Assembly (NCBI GenBank): GCA_017620655.1
Contig: JAGAUT010000034.1
Coordinates: forward strand, 2,334-66,333
DNA: 64,000 bases
Origin: Clostridia bacterium
GTDB taxonomy: Bacteria > Bacillota > Clostridia > Oscillospirales > CAG-382
Direction of reading: 5' to 3'
Every line of letters starts with the position of its first letter. The first letter of the stretch is position 1. This document shows positions 36,939 to 47,660 of this stretch, piece after piece. The notes under the pieces were generated by a model that ran no database searches, was not told where the DNA came from, and saw nothing but the letters and a program-made list of their open reading frames with translations. The position numbers and the translations under genes were made by a program.

Positions 36939-38159
36939 ATGGACAAGCCTTTTGCAATGACAGTCTCGCAGCTCAATGATTACGTCAAGGCACTTATTGA
37001 TTCATCCGAAGTGCTTTCAAACGTATGCATTGTAGGCGAGATTTCTAATTTTACAAACCACTATAAGACGGGACATCTGTACTTTACCCTTAAAGACGAA
37101 GGTGCACTTGTAAAGGCAGTAATGTTCAGGACATATGCAGGCAGACTCAGATTTGTTCCAAAGGAAAACATGAAGGTGCTGGTATACGGCAGAATATCGG
37201 TGTTTCCAAGAGACGGTGTGTACCAGCTATATGCCGAGGATATGGAGCAGTTCGGTGTAGGCGACCTGTATCTTAAATTTGAGGAACTTAAAAAGAAGCT
37301 CTCAAGTCTAGGAATGTTTGACGAGGCACACAAAAAAGATTTGCCGAAATTCCCACGTCGTATCGGCATAATAACCAGCCCCGAAGCAGCAGCCGTTGCC
37401 GACATGAAAAACATTCTTACCCGCCGTTATCCGCTTTGTGAAATCCACATCTACCCTGCCCTTGTGCAAGGTCCGGGTGCACCAAAAGAGCTTTGCGACG
37501 GCATAGTCCACTTTGACAACGACCCCGACTGCGACTGCATCATAATAGGCAGAGGCGGCGGTTCGATTGAAGACCTGTGGGCATTCAACGACGAAATACT
37601 GGCAAGGACAATATTTGCCTGCAAAACGCCCGTAATATCGGCGGTAGGACACGAAACCGACTTTACAATTTGCGATTTTGTGGCAGACAGACGTGCGCCG
37701 ACTCCTTCTGCCGCAGCGGAAATAGCTGTTCCCGATATGCAGGATTTAAAGAGACAGCTTTCAATGATTTCATCGTCATTAAAGACACGAATGGGAGAAA
37801 TCATCGGCTTCAAGAAGCAGTATTTACAAAGTCTTGCCGAAAGGCGTTCGCTTAAGTCTCCCATGTACTATGTAGACTCAAAGCAGGAGCTTTTACTATC
37901 CTATGAAAAGCAGATAAACGCCTTATTTGAAAATCTGTACAATGCAAAAGCAAACAGATTATCTGTCACCGCATCAAAGCTGACAGCACTAAATCCCATG
38001 GCGGTACTCAGCCGTGGATATGCCGCTGTTTTTGACGGTGACGGCAAGGTTATAAACTCTGTCGGAAAGCTGAAGAAGGATGACGATATCACATTCAAGG
38101 TTTCAGACGGTGAGGCAAAAGCGAAAATTTACGAAATTAATCCAAAAGGAGAAGAATAA
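36939..38159 (+). CDS. xseA: Exodeoxyribonuclease VII large subunit
   Basis: GHLYFTLKD, GRGGGSIEDLWAFN, SAVGHETD, APTPSAAAE. Confidence 0.96.
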   Translation: MDKPFAMTVSQLNDYVKALIDSSEVLSNVCIVGEISNFTNHYKTGHLYFTLKDEGALVKAVMFRTYAGRLRFVPKENMKVLVYGRISVFPRDGVYQLYAEDMEQFGVGDLYLKFEELKKKLSSLGMFDEAHKKDLPKFPRRIGIITSPEAAAVADMKNILTRRYPLCEIHIYPALVQGPGAPKELCDGIVHFDNDPDCDCIIIGRGGGSIEDLWAFNDEILARTIFACKTPVISAVGHETDFTICDFVADRRAPTPSAAAEIAVPDMQDLKRQLSMISSSLKTRMGEIIGFKKQYLQSLAERRSLKSPMYYVDSKQELLLSYEKQINALFENLYNAKANRLSVTASKLTALNPMAVLSRGYAAVFDGDGKVINSVGKLKKDDDITFKVSDGEAKAKIYEINPKGEE

Positions 38160-38161
38160 AT

Positions 38162-38368
38162 ATGGCAACAGCAAAAAAAGAAAAAGAGCTTTCCTTTGAA
38201 GAAGCTCTCACACGCTTAGAAGAAATAGCAAACGTACTGGAAAACGAATCTCCTGATTTATCCAAGGCACTGGAAATGTATGAAGAAAGTGCAAAGCTCT
38301 TAAAGGGTTGCTTAGAAATGCTGGATGAGGCACAGAAGAAGATTACGGTGTTATCTAAGGGTGAATAA
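38162..38368 (+). CDS. xseB: Exodeoxyribonuclease VII small subunit
   Basis: SFEEALTRLEEI...L..AQKKI; directly follows xseA. Confidence 0.93.
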   Translation: MATAKKEKELSFEEALTRLEEIANVLENESPDLSKALEMYEESAKLLKGCLEMLDEAQKKITVLSKGE

Positions 38369-38369
38369 C

Positions 38370-38420
38370 AATCCTCCCGTCAGCCCTTGGCTGACACCCT
38401 CCTTTACACAAGGAGGGCTT
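38370..38420. repeat. Double-hairpin REP-like element, family C, copy 2
   Basis: gtcagcc...ggctgac plus ccctcct-ttacaca-aggaggg. Confidence 0.75.
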
Positions 38421-38488
38421 TGCAAAATGAGGCATCGGTTCAAAACTGAATCCATGATAAAACCGCAGGTTGTAATAACACCTGCGGT

Positions 38489-38692
38489 CTATTTTTTTAT
38501 AAATTCTTTTCCGTTTATTAGATAATCTATTGAAACATTGAAATACTCGGACATTTTATTGAGCAATGAAAGGCTCGGCTCGCGTTTGCCGTTTTCATAG
38601 TGCGAAAGTGCTTCACGCGAAATATTCAAGTCAAGGGCGACTTTGAGCTGATTTAAGTTTCGTTCTTTTCTGACGGTTTTCAGTCCTTTCAT
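38489..38692 (-). CDS. XRE family repressor
   Basis: LKTVRKERNLNQ...ISREALSHYENGKREPS...FNVSIDYL. Confidence 0.92.
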   Translation of the reverse strand: MKGLKTVRKERNLNQLKVALDLNISREALSHYENGKREPSLSLLNKMSEYFNVSIDYLINGKEFIKK

Positions 38693-38703
38693 TAAATCAC
38701 CCC

Positions 38704-38757
38704 TTGACAATAGTGTAACATTTTGTTACACTAATTATGTTACATTATGTAACATAA
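38704..38757 (+). promoter_or_regulatory. Promoter overlapped by two palindromic operators
   Basis: TTGACA (38704-38709)-17-TACACT; palindromes tagtgtaaca-ttt-tgttacacta (38711-38733) and ttatgttaca-tta-tgtaacataa (38735-38757). Confidence 0.75.
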
Positions 38758-38779
38758 TAGGTCTGAAAGGAGAATAGGT

Positions 38780-39043
38780 ATGAAAAAGCTTTACTCAAAC
38801 ATTGGCAAAAAGCTTATGACATTTGCCGTAGTTATTGCAGTTATTGTTGCAGCGATCGGCATTTTTGCAGGTCTCGCAATGATGACACAAAGTATTGTGG
38901 GCGGATTGATTTTTATAATTCTATATCCGATTATCGGTTACGTTTCCAGCCTTACACTTTATGCATTCGGAAAGCTTGTTCAGTCTGCTGAAAATATCGA
39001 GCAACACTTGTTAAACAAATCCAACGAAAACAACGCTGAATAA
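38780..39043 (+). CDS. Small two-TM membrane protein of unknown function
   Basis: 87 aa, RBS aaggag, two hydrophobic segments, followed by terminator 39058-39082. Confidence 0.8.
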   Translation: MKKLYSNIGKKLMTFAVVIAVIVAAIGIFAGLAMMTQSIVGGLIFIILYPIIGYVSSLTLYAFGKLVQSAENIEQHLLNKSNENNAE

Positions 39044-39096
39044 CGCAAAGCATCGAGAAAGGCACGGTCACCCGTGCCTTTTCATTTATTCCATTC

Positions 39097-39231
39097 AACC
39101 TCATCCGACAAAATCAAAGATTTTGCCACCTTCCCCAATTTATTTTTGGGAAGGCTTTTGTGTTAGTTTATGTCTATTTAGGGCTTCCCCTCACAGGGGA
39201 AGCTGTCGAGTATAGCGAGACTGATGAGGTT
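39097..39231. repeat. Inverted doublet of REP-like double-hairpin units
   Basis: Ends aacctcatc/gatgaggtt; internal ccttccc...gggaagg and gcttcccc-tcaca-ggggaagc. Confidence 0.7.
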
Positions 39232-39232
39232 A

Positions 39233-41227
<1,995 letters not shown>

Positions 41228-41426
41228 TTATTCCTCGCTTATTCTCAGTATATAATTATTATATCACTTTCAATCATTTCCGTCAATTATATATATTATT
41301 AATGAGAATAAATTTTATACATTTTAATAAAAATTGTAAAAAGTGGTTGTAATTTTCGTAAAGTGGTGTTATAATACATGAGACGGCTGGAAAAGCCAAA
41401 AGGACAATTTAATTTTGGAGGACATT

Positions 41427-42335
41427 ATGGCAAATTTAACAGGTACTCAGAAGAAAAAGCGCAACCAGTTTGCAGCACTCCTCGTTGCAATCGTTGTTGT
41501 GTTGGCAGCGATATTTTATGTAGTATTTTCCGCATTCATGGCAAAGAGCGCATTCCTTGAAAAACAGGATTTTGCATCTGCTCTTTCCGAAGCATACGGA
41601 AAAGCGGCAAGAAACGTTTCCAAGGAAGACCTTGCAGCAGTTAAGTATCTCGAAGTTTTCAATGACGGACAGATGGGTGTTGTAGGTTTTGGCGACAGCG
41701 AATTTGCAAAGGATTACGAAAGATATCTTACCGAGCTTGATGCTGCGGAAATCGCAAAGGAAGCAGGCGTCGAGGACGTTCCCGAAGTAACTCCCGTTGA
41801 CACAAGCAAGCTTATGCATGCACAGTTTGATGTAGACGACGAAGGACTTGTGTTTGACGACATCGAATACTTCACAGGTGTTGAAAATGTAGCTTTCTCA
41901 AGCATCACATTCGATGCAGAAAGCTTCAAGGGTGAAAACATCAAGAGGGCAAACTTCTCAGACTGTGGTCTTACAAACGAAGACCTTGCGACAATCGCAA
42001 AGTCTCTCAACCTTGAAAATGTTGCAGAGCTCACCTTCATGGGCAACTCCATTGACGACTGGACACCCGTCGAAAGCATTTCCGACAAGGTTACAATCCA
42101 GAGCTACGGTCTGCAGATGACAGAAGACGGTCAGTACACAGTAGTTCCTCAGGAACAGACTCTTACAGAATACCTCGAAGCCAAGGCAGAAGCTGAAGCA
42201 AAGGCTGCTGAAGAAGAAGCAAAGGCCGAAGCGGAAACCACTCCCGAGGCAGAAGCAGAAACAGCCCCCGAAGAAGCGGGCGAAGCAACAACCGAAGCTG
42301 AAACAACAGAAGAAACAGCAGAAGTAACCGAATAA
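41427..42335 (+). CDS. Membrane-anchored hypothetical protein with LRR-like segment and acidic tail
   Basis: One N-terminal TM, LTFMGNSIDDWTP LRR-like unit, E/A/T-rich C-terminus. Confidence 0.7.
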   Translation: MANLTGTQKKKRNQFAALLVAIVVVLAAIFYVVFSAFMAKSAFLEKQDFASALSEAYGKAARNVSKEDLAAVKYLEVFNDGQMGVVGFGDSEFAKDYERYLTELDAAEIAKEAGVEDVPEVTPVDTSKLMHAQFDVDDEGLVFDDIEYFTGVENVAFSSITFDAESFKGENIKRANFSDCGLTNEDLATIAKSLNLENVAELTFMGNSIDDWTPVESISDKVTIQSYGLQMTEDGQYTVVPQEQTLTEYLEAKAEAEAKAAEEEAKAEAETTPEAEAETAPEEAGEATTEAETTEETAEVTE

Positions 42336-42444
42336 TTCAAATTTGCCGACAGATTCAGCAAACGAATTCTGTCGGCTCTTTTTATAGCCGTAAACAACCG
42401 AAACACATACATTTTAAGGAAACAATTTGTCGGAGGTAGAGATT

Positions 42445-43923
42445 ATGACGACAAATAGTAAGGGACTCATTCCCCGTATCCGAGACTTTTTCACCTTTGA
42501 AAAGGGCAGTATAAAAATCATATTCGCTCTCGTACTTCCCATTCTCTGCGAGACGCTTTTGTCGTCATTGTTCGGCATGGTAGACCACATGATGGCAGGA
42601 CAGCATTCTACCCACGCTCTCAATGCGATAGGTCTTTTCAACAGCCCTCAGGCTCTTCTTGTTGTTCTGTTCACCGCCATCAACACAGGCACTACCACCC
42701 GCGTTGCATGGAACATAGGTGCAGGCAGAATTGATTCTGCACGAAGAGTAATGAGAACAAGTATAATTCTCAACATACTTGTCGGCATTATAGTTACTGT
42801 TATCGGTGTGTTTTTTGCTGAGCCGATTATCGACTACATGGCAGGCGGCAAATACGGAAGCGTTTACGAAAAAGGCACTATCGCTTACGACGGTGTGCAG
42901 GTTTTCCAGATATGCTCCTTGGGCTTTATTTTTACCGGTGTGACTTCCGCTATAACCTCGACGCTTCGAGGTGCCGGAGAAAACCGAATTCCGCTGTTTT
43001 ACAATATGCTTGCCAATTTTCTCAACGTTATCGGCAACTATGTTTTCATTTATGGCGTCGACTTTCTCGGAATTCCCGAAATGGCAGCACAGGGTGCGGC
43101 ACTTTCCACCTCCATAAGCCGTTTTCTTGCGATGGCTTTTGCTATTATCTTTTTATGCTGTTCGAAAAGATCGAAATTCGCTTTACGCAACAAGGTCTAT
43201 GCCACGAACTTTTCGGAAAACGGCAGAAGCAGAAAGAAGCTTCCTTTCTTTGTTCCCGACATATCAATTTCAAAGAAGATTCTTGCAATAGGCGTGCCGT
43301 CAATGCTTGAAAGCGTTATAATGCAAGCAGGCATGCTCCTGTTTACAAAGCTTGTTATTTCAACCGGCAACGACAGCTATGCAGCCCACCAGATTTCAAA
43401 CAGTATAAACAACATGTTTCTTATGATATGCGTTTCCTTTTCGTCTGCGGCGGGAACGCTTGTGGGACAGAATCTGGGTGCAAAAAACATTGACGGTGCA
43501 AAATACTATACACGCACCATTGTAAAGCTTACCGTTTCAATCTGCTGTGTTGCAGCCGTTTTTATAGCACTGCTTGCCAAAAAACTGCTGGGACTTTACA
43601 CCGACGACGAAAACGTAATCCGGATTGCGACGCAGATCATGTACGTCTGCAGTTTTATCCTTGTAACCACAGCATTCCAAAACTGTTATTCCGGTGCATT
43701 AAAAGGTGCAGGAGACACAAAGTTTCCGCTATATTCGGCAATTGTATGTACCCTCCTTGTAAGAGTAGTGCTTGCCTATATAGTAGTCAACATACTTAAT
43801 CTGGGAATATTCTTTGTATGGCTGGCAACACTTACCGACATTATCCTCAGAGCAATCATAATATACATACGGTACAGAAGCGGACGCTGGGAAAAATACG
43901 CCAAGAAAGCTTCAGAAGAATAA
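42445..43923 (+). CDS. MATE family efflux transporter
   Basis: About 12 TM; LRGAGEN, GQNLGAKN, LKGAGDTK. Confidence 0.93.
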   Translation: MTTNSKGLIPRIRDFFTFEKGSIKIIFALVLPILCETLLSSLFGMVDHMMAGQHSTHALNAIGLFNSPQALLVVLFTAINTGTTTRVAWNIGAGRIDSARRVMRTSIILNILVGIIVTVIGVFFAEPIIDYMAGGKYGSVYEKGTIAYDGVQVFQICSLGFIFTGVTSAITSTLRGAGENRIPLFYNMLANFLNVIGNYVFIYGVDFLGIPEMAAQGAALSTSISRFLAMAFAIIFLCCSKRSKFALRNKVYATNFSENGRSRKKLPFFVPDISISKKILAIGVPSMLESVIMQAGMLLFTKLVISTGNDSYAAHQISNSINNMFLMICVSFSSAAGTLVGQNLGAKNIDGAKYYTRTIVKLTVSICCVAAVFIALLAKKLLGLYTDDENVIRIATQIMYVCSFILVTTAFQNCYSGALKGAGDTKFPLYSAIVCTLLVRVVLAYIVVNILNLGIFFVWLATLTDIILRAIIIYIRYRSGRWEKYAKKASEE

Positions 43924-43959
43924 AACAAATCCCACAGGAAAACCTGTGGGATGTTTCTT

Positions 43960-44814
43960 TTAGAAGCCTATTTTCGGTCTTGGGAATATTCTTACAAGAG
44001 CCTTGCCGATAATCATTCTCTCATCTATGTCACCAAGAAATCTTGAGTCAAGGGAGCCGTTTCTGTTATCGCCCATAACAAACACATGCCCGTCCTCAAC
44101 TGTATGAGGATATGCCGATGGCGGAATTGCGTTCTGGTAGTAATACATTTCGCCAACCGACGGAAGTCTCATTCTTACAAGATTAATCTTGACCTTATCG
44201 CTGTCAACCTCATACTCATTTCCGAGTCCGTCCGTAGACGTCGCCTTCAGGGTTTCTGTGTTGACCTTTACGGTTTTACCGTTGATGCCGACCTCGAGAT
44301 TCTTCTCATCCACGGCAATCACCTCTACAGGTCCGCTAACAAGCACGCCGTCGTTGTCTCTGACAACAGCCGAAAGGCTTTCGGGATCAATTTCAAGAAT
44401 CTCACCCCACGATATCGGAAGGGTTATTGTGTATATTTTCTTAGCGTAATCTTCCTCAAGAACCCTTACATTTCCGTCCTTATCCGTTACGGTAACAGTC
44501 CATGTTTCTGGGTCAATGTCAACCGTTTCGCCCTCTGTTGCAATCACCCTCTTGATAATGGGTGCAGACATTTCAACAGACGTGGAATCCTGAAGTACTA
44601 CCACATCACCTGTTTTGGGCGTATAGAACAATCCCGAAATTACAACCCTGTCCCCGTGGACAAAGGTATTATTCATGGAAGATCCGTCAACAGTAATGAG
44701 TCTGCAGACAAATGTGAAGAGCAATACAACCACAAAAAGGGCAAAGCAGAATACCTCAACCCATTCGTACAGAGATGCTATAAGTCCCATCTTTTCGTTT
44801 TTTGTTTCAGACAA
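43960..44814 (-). CDS. lepB: Signal peptidase I with an enlarged repeat insert
   Basis: TTG start; VDGSSM (Ser), IIKRVIA (Lys), FVMGDNRNGSLDSR. Confidence 0.92.
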   Translation of the reverse strand: MSETKNEKMGLIASLYEWVEVFCFALFVVVLLFTFVCRLITVDGSSMNNTFVHGDRVVISGLFYTPKTGDVVVLQDSTSVEMSAPIIKRVIATEGETVDIDPETWTVTVTDKDGNVRVLEEDYAKKIYTITLPISWGEILEIDPESLSAVVRDNDGVLVSGPVEVIAVDEKNLEVGINGKTVKVNTETLKATSTDGLGNEYEVDSDKVKINLVRMRLPSVGEMYYYQNAIPPSAYPHTVEDGHVFVMGDNRNGSLDSRFLGDIDERMIIGKALVRIFPRPKIGF

Positions 44815-44954
44815 TTGTTTTCCTCTTTTCAAAAAATAAATAAAGGATTTTAATCTTATATTCACATCAAAATAAGCAAAAAAGCCGTGATTACTCACGG
44901 CTTCTTACGTCTTATTAAGACAAAGCCGCTTTTGCGGCCATCGGCAAAAAGGTC

Positions 44955-45305
44955 TTAGATGCTTTCCTTAACCTTAGCTGCCTTACCAACTCTGTCACGG
45001 AGATAGAAGAGCTTAGCACGTCTAACCTTACCGCGTCTGATAACGTCGATCTTTGCAACGTTAGGAGAGTGGAGAGGGAATGTCTTTTCGACACCGCAGC
45101 CATAAGCTACTCTTCTTACTGTGAATGTTTCGGAGATACCGCCGTTACGCTTTGCGATAACTGTACCTTCGAAAAGCTGGATTCTTTCTCTGTTACCTTC
45201 CTTGATTCTGTTGTGTACTCTGATTGTGTCACCAACATTGAAGGAAGTAACTTCAGTTTTAAGCTGTTCGTTTGTAAAAGCCTCAAGGACAAGATTCTTG
45301 CTCAT
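44955..45305 (-). CDS. rplS: 50S ribosomal protein L19
   Basis: [31 protein letters not shown]. Confidence 0.97.
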   Translation of the reverse strand: MSKNLVLEAFTNEQLKTEVTSFNVGDTIRVHNRIKEGNRERIQLFEGTVIAKRNGGISETFTVRRVAYGCGVEKTFPLHSPNVAKIDVIRRGKVRRAKLFYLRDRVGKAAKVKESI

Positions 45306-45309
45306 TGGG

Positions 45310-45375
45310 TTTTCCTCCTTATTTTTCGGACATTCATGCCAGCTATTTAACAGAGGACTGTCCGTGATAATGTAT
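45310..45375 (-). promoter_or_regulatory. Possible L19 leader
   Basis: ggac...gtcc pairing and an ATGAATGTCC segment just before the RBS resemble the Firmicute L19 leader as I recall it; not verified. Confidence 0.4.
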
Positions 45376-45531
45376 GTTAAGGGCAAATGCCCATAACGCA
45401 ACGAATGTATTATACCATAGGGTTCGGGGGAGTTTGTTAAGGAATTGTAAATTGTTGAGGGAGTTTTTCTTTGTGTTTTACGGTGCGAATCTTTATGTTA
45501 TAGGGATTTCGCACGTTGCGACGTGCGAGCC

Positions 45532-45757
45532 GTTCTTTTGTCCCGAAACAAAAGAACCAAAAATTCTCCGCTCAACAGGAGAGATGGCTCGGTCGTGAGA
45601 AGTGTTTTCCCACGAGGCAAATTTTGACATAAACAATTTCGGCAAAATTCTTCTACGAAATCGTCAAAATTTGGGCAACTGCAAGTCTACACGATACAGC
45701 CGCACGCCCTGCGCTGACTTCTCTCCTTCGGCACGGAGCCTTACCTCTCACATTTGG
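45532..45757. repeat. 226-bp structured dispersed repeat, family B, copy 2
   Basis: Collinear with 19264-19489. Confidence 0.8.
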
Positions 45758-45767
45758 TGTCAATGAC

Positions 45768-45807
45768 AACTCCTAACTCCTAACTCCTAACTCCTAACTT
45801 CTAACTT
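45768..45807. repeat. Heptamer tandem repeat (AACTCCT)n
   Basis: Four exact units plus degenerate units abutting the prfB stop. Confidence 0.9.
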
Positions 45808-46920
45808 TTACTTAATAAAGTTTCCCTTTGCTTTAAGGAATGCTGTGATAAATTCATCGATATCGCCGTCCATAACAGCCGAGATATTACCGTCTTCACA
45901 GCCTGTACGGGTATCTTTAACGAGAGTATAAGGCATGAAAACATAGGAACGAATCTGGCTACCCCATTCAATATTGAGCTTTTCGCCCTTGATATCTTCA
46001 ATCTTATCGAGTTTTTCCCTCTGCTTTATTTCCATGAGTTTGGATTTCAGCATCTTCATACAGGTTTCTCTGTTCTGAAGCTGGCTTCTTTCGGTCTGAC
46101 AGCCGACAACAATACCAGTAGGCTTATGGGTAATACGTACAGCAGAGTCGGTCTTATTGACGTGCTGACCGCCTGCACCGCTGGCTCTATGGGTTTCGAT
46201 TTCGATATCTTCATCTCTGATTTCAATGGCAATTTCATCGTTAAACTCAGGCATTACTTCAACAGAAGCAAAGGATGTGTGTCTGCGTCCCGACGAGTCA
46301 AAGGGTGAAACACGCACAAGTCTGTGAACACCGACTTCACTTCTGAGGTAACCGTAGGCATAGTCGCCTGTGATGAGGATTGTTGCACTCTTAATGCCCG
46401 CTTCTTCACCGTCGAGGTAGTCGAGCAGTTTCACCTTAAAACCTCTCTTTTCAGCCCAGCGGCAGTACATTCTATAAAGCATGAGTGCCCAGTCCTGTGC
46501 CTCTGTTCCGCCTGCACCGGGATGGATTGCAAGAATTGCGTTATTCTTATCAAATTCGCCCGACAGAAGTGCCATAATTCTCTGATTATCATAGCTCTTT
46601 GAAAGTCTTGAAAGCTCTGTGAGAATTTCCTCTGTAAAGCTTTCGTCATCCATTTCAATTGCCATTTCAATCATTTCATAAAGGGCATCTATTCCGTCGG
46701 CAAGGTCGTTATATGTGTTTACGATATTTCTTGCATTGTTAAGTTCAGCCATAACGCTCTGCGTGTCATCCCTGCCCCAGAAGTCCTCTGCACAGGTCGC
46801 TTCTTCAAGCTCCTTAACCTTTGCCGAAAGCTCATCAACGTTAAGAGCCCCTTTAAGTTCTGCGGCATCATTCTTCAAGACACCGAGCTGCTGTTTTGCT
46901 TCTTCAAGTTGTACTATCAT
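45808..46920 (-). CDS. prfB: Peptide chain release factor 2 (single uninterrupted ORF)
   Basis: SPF tripeptide (RVSPFD), [24 protein letters not shown]. Confidence 0.97.
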   Translation of the reverse strand: MIVQLEEAKQQLGVLKNDAAELKGALNVDELSAKVKELEEATCAEDFWGRDDTQSVMAELNNARNIVNTYNDLADGIDALYEMIEMAIEMDDESFTEEILTELSRLSKSYDNQRIMALLSGEFDKNNAILAIHPGAGGTEAQDWALMLYRMYCRWAEKRGFKVKLLDYLDGEEAGIKSATILITGDYAYGYLRSEVGVHRLVRVSPFDSSGRRHTSFASVEVMPEFNDEIAIEIRDEDIEIETHRASGAGGQHVNKTDSAVRITHKPTGIVVGCQTERSQLQNRETCMKMLKSKLMEIKQREKLDKIEDIKGEKLNIEWGSQIRSYVFMPYTLVKDTRTGCEDGNISAVMDGDIDEFITAFLKAKGNFIK

Positions 46921-46936
46921 ATATGTCTCCTAAAAA

Positions 46937-47656
46937 TTAATTATCTCTATCTTGTTTTTGTGCTTCAATTTCGTTCATGTACCCCGCAGTAATAATACCG
47001 GTTGGTAATGCCACAATTGCGATTCCCATAAAAGACGAAAACATGCTGACAATTCTGCCAATGTCGCTTACAGGATAAATGTCTCCGTATCCCACCGTGG
47101 TAAGAGTTACCACTGCCCAATATACTGCATCAAAAAACGTATCAAAACTGTCTGGCTCAACCTGAAACATAACAAGAGCCGATATCAATATGTATCCTCC
47201 TGCAAGAAAACAAACCGCAGATAACGCTTTCTTTTCTTTTTTAATCACCGAAATAATAGCCGTAAAGCTTTTGGAATACCTCAAAAGCTTGAAAATTTTG
47301 AATGCCTTTGTCATTCTTATAAGCCTAAGCAGCTTAAACCCGCTGTTAAGTGCTGTAAGTGCGGGAAGAATAGACAAAAGGTCAATAATAGCAAAAAACG
47401 TAAACGGGTAAAGTACAAACGATACTTTCTTGAATTTTGTAAATTTATAATCAGCCGTTATCCATCGCAACAAGTAGTCAATTATAAAAACTACAACTAC
47501 AAACTTATCAATATAAGAGAAAGCAATATAATTCTGCTTAAAAAACAGCGGTATTATGCTTACAACAATGCAAACAATCATAAAGCAGTCATACAGCTTG
47601 CTGATTATATTTTGATGGTTTGAAATTTCTATAATATCATAAATTTTTCTTCTCAT
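46937..47656 (-). CDS. Potassium channel / ion transporter
   Basis: S4-like RLIRMTKAFKIFKLLRY and selectivity filter TTVGYGD. Confidence 0.92.
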   Translation of the reverse strand: MRRKIYDIIEISNHQNIISKLYDCFMIVCIVVSIIPLFFKQNYIAFSYIDKFVVVVFIIDYLLRWITADYKFTKFKKVSFVLYPFTFFAIIDLLSILPALTALNSGFKLLRLIRMTKAFKIFKLLRYSKSFTAIISVIKKEKKALSAVCFLAGGYILISALVMFQVEPDSFDTFFDAVYWAVVTLTTVGYGDIYPVSDIGRIVSMFSSFMGIAIVALPTGIITAGYMNEIEAQKQDRDN

Positions 47657-47660
47657 ACTT

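Noticed and set aside
38370-39231. XRE module as a prophage or ICE remnant
   Set aside because: No integrase, att-like direct repeats or phage genes; kept only as a small cassette finding
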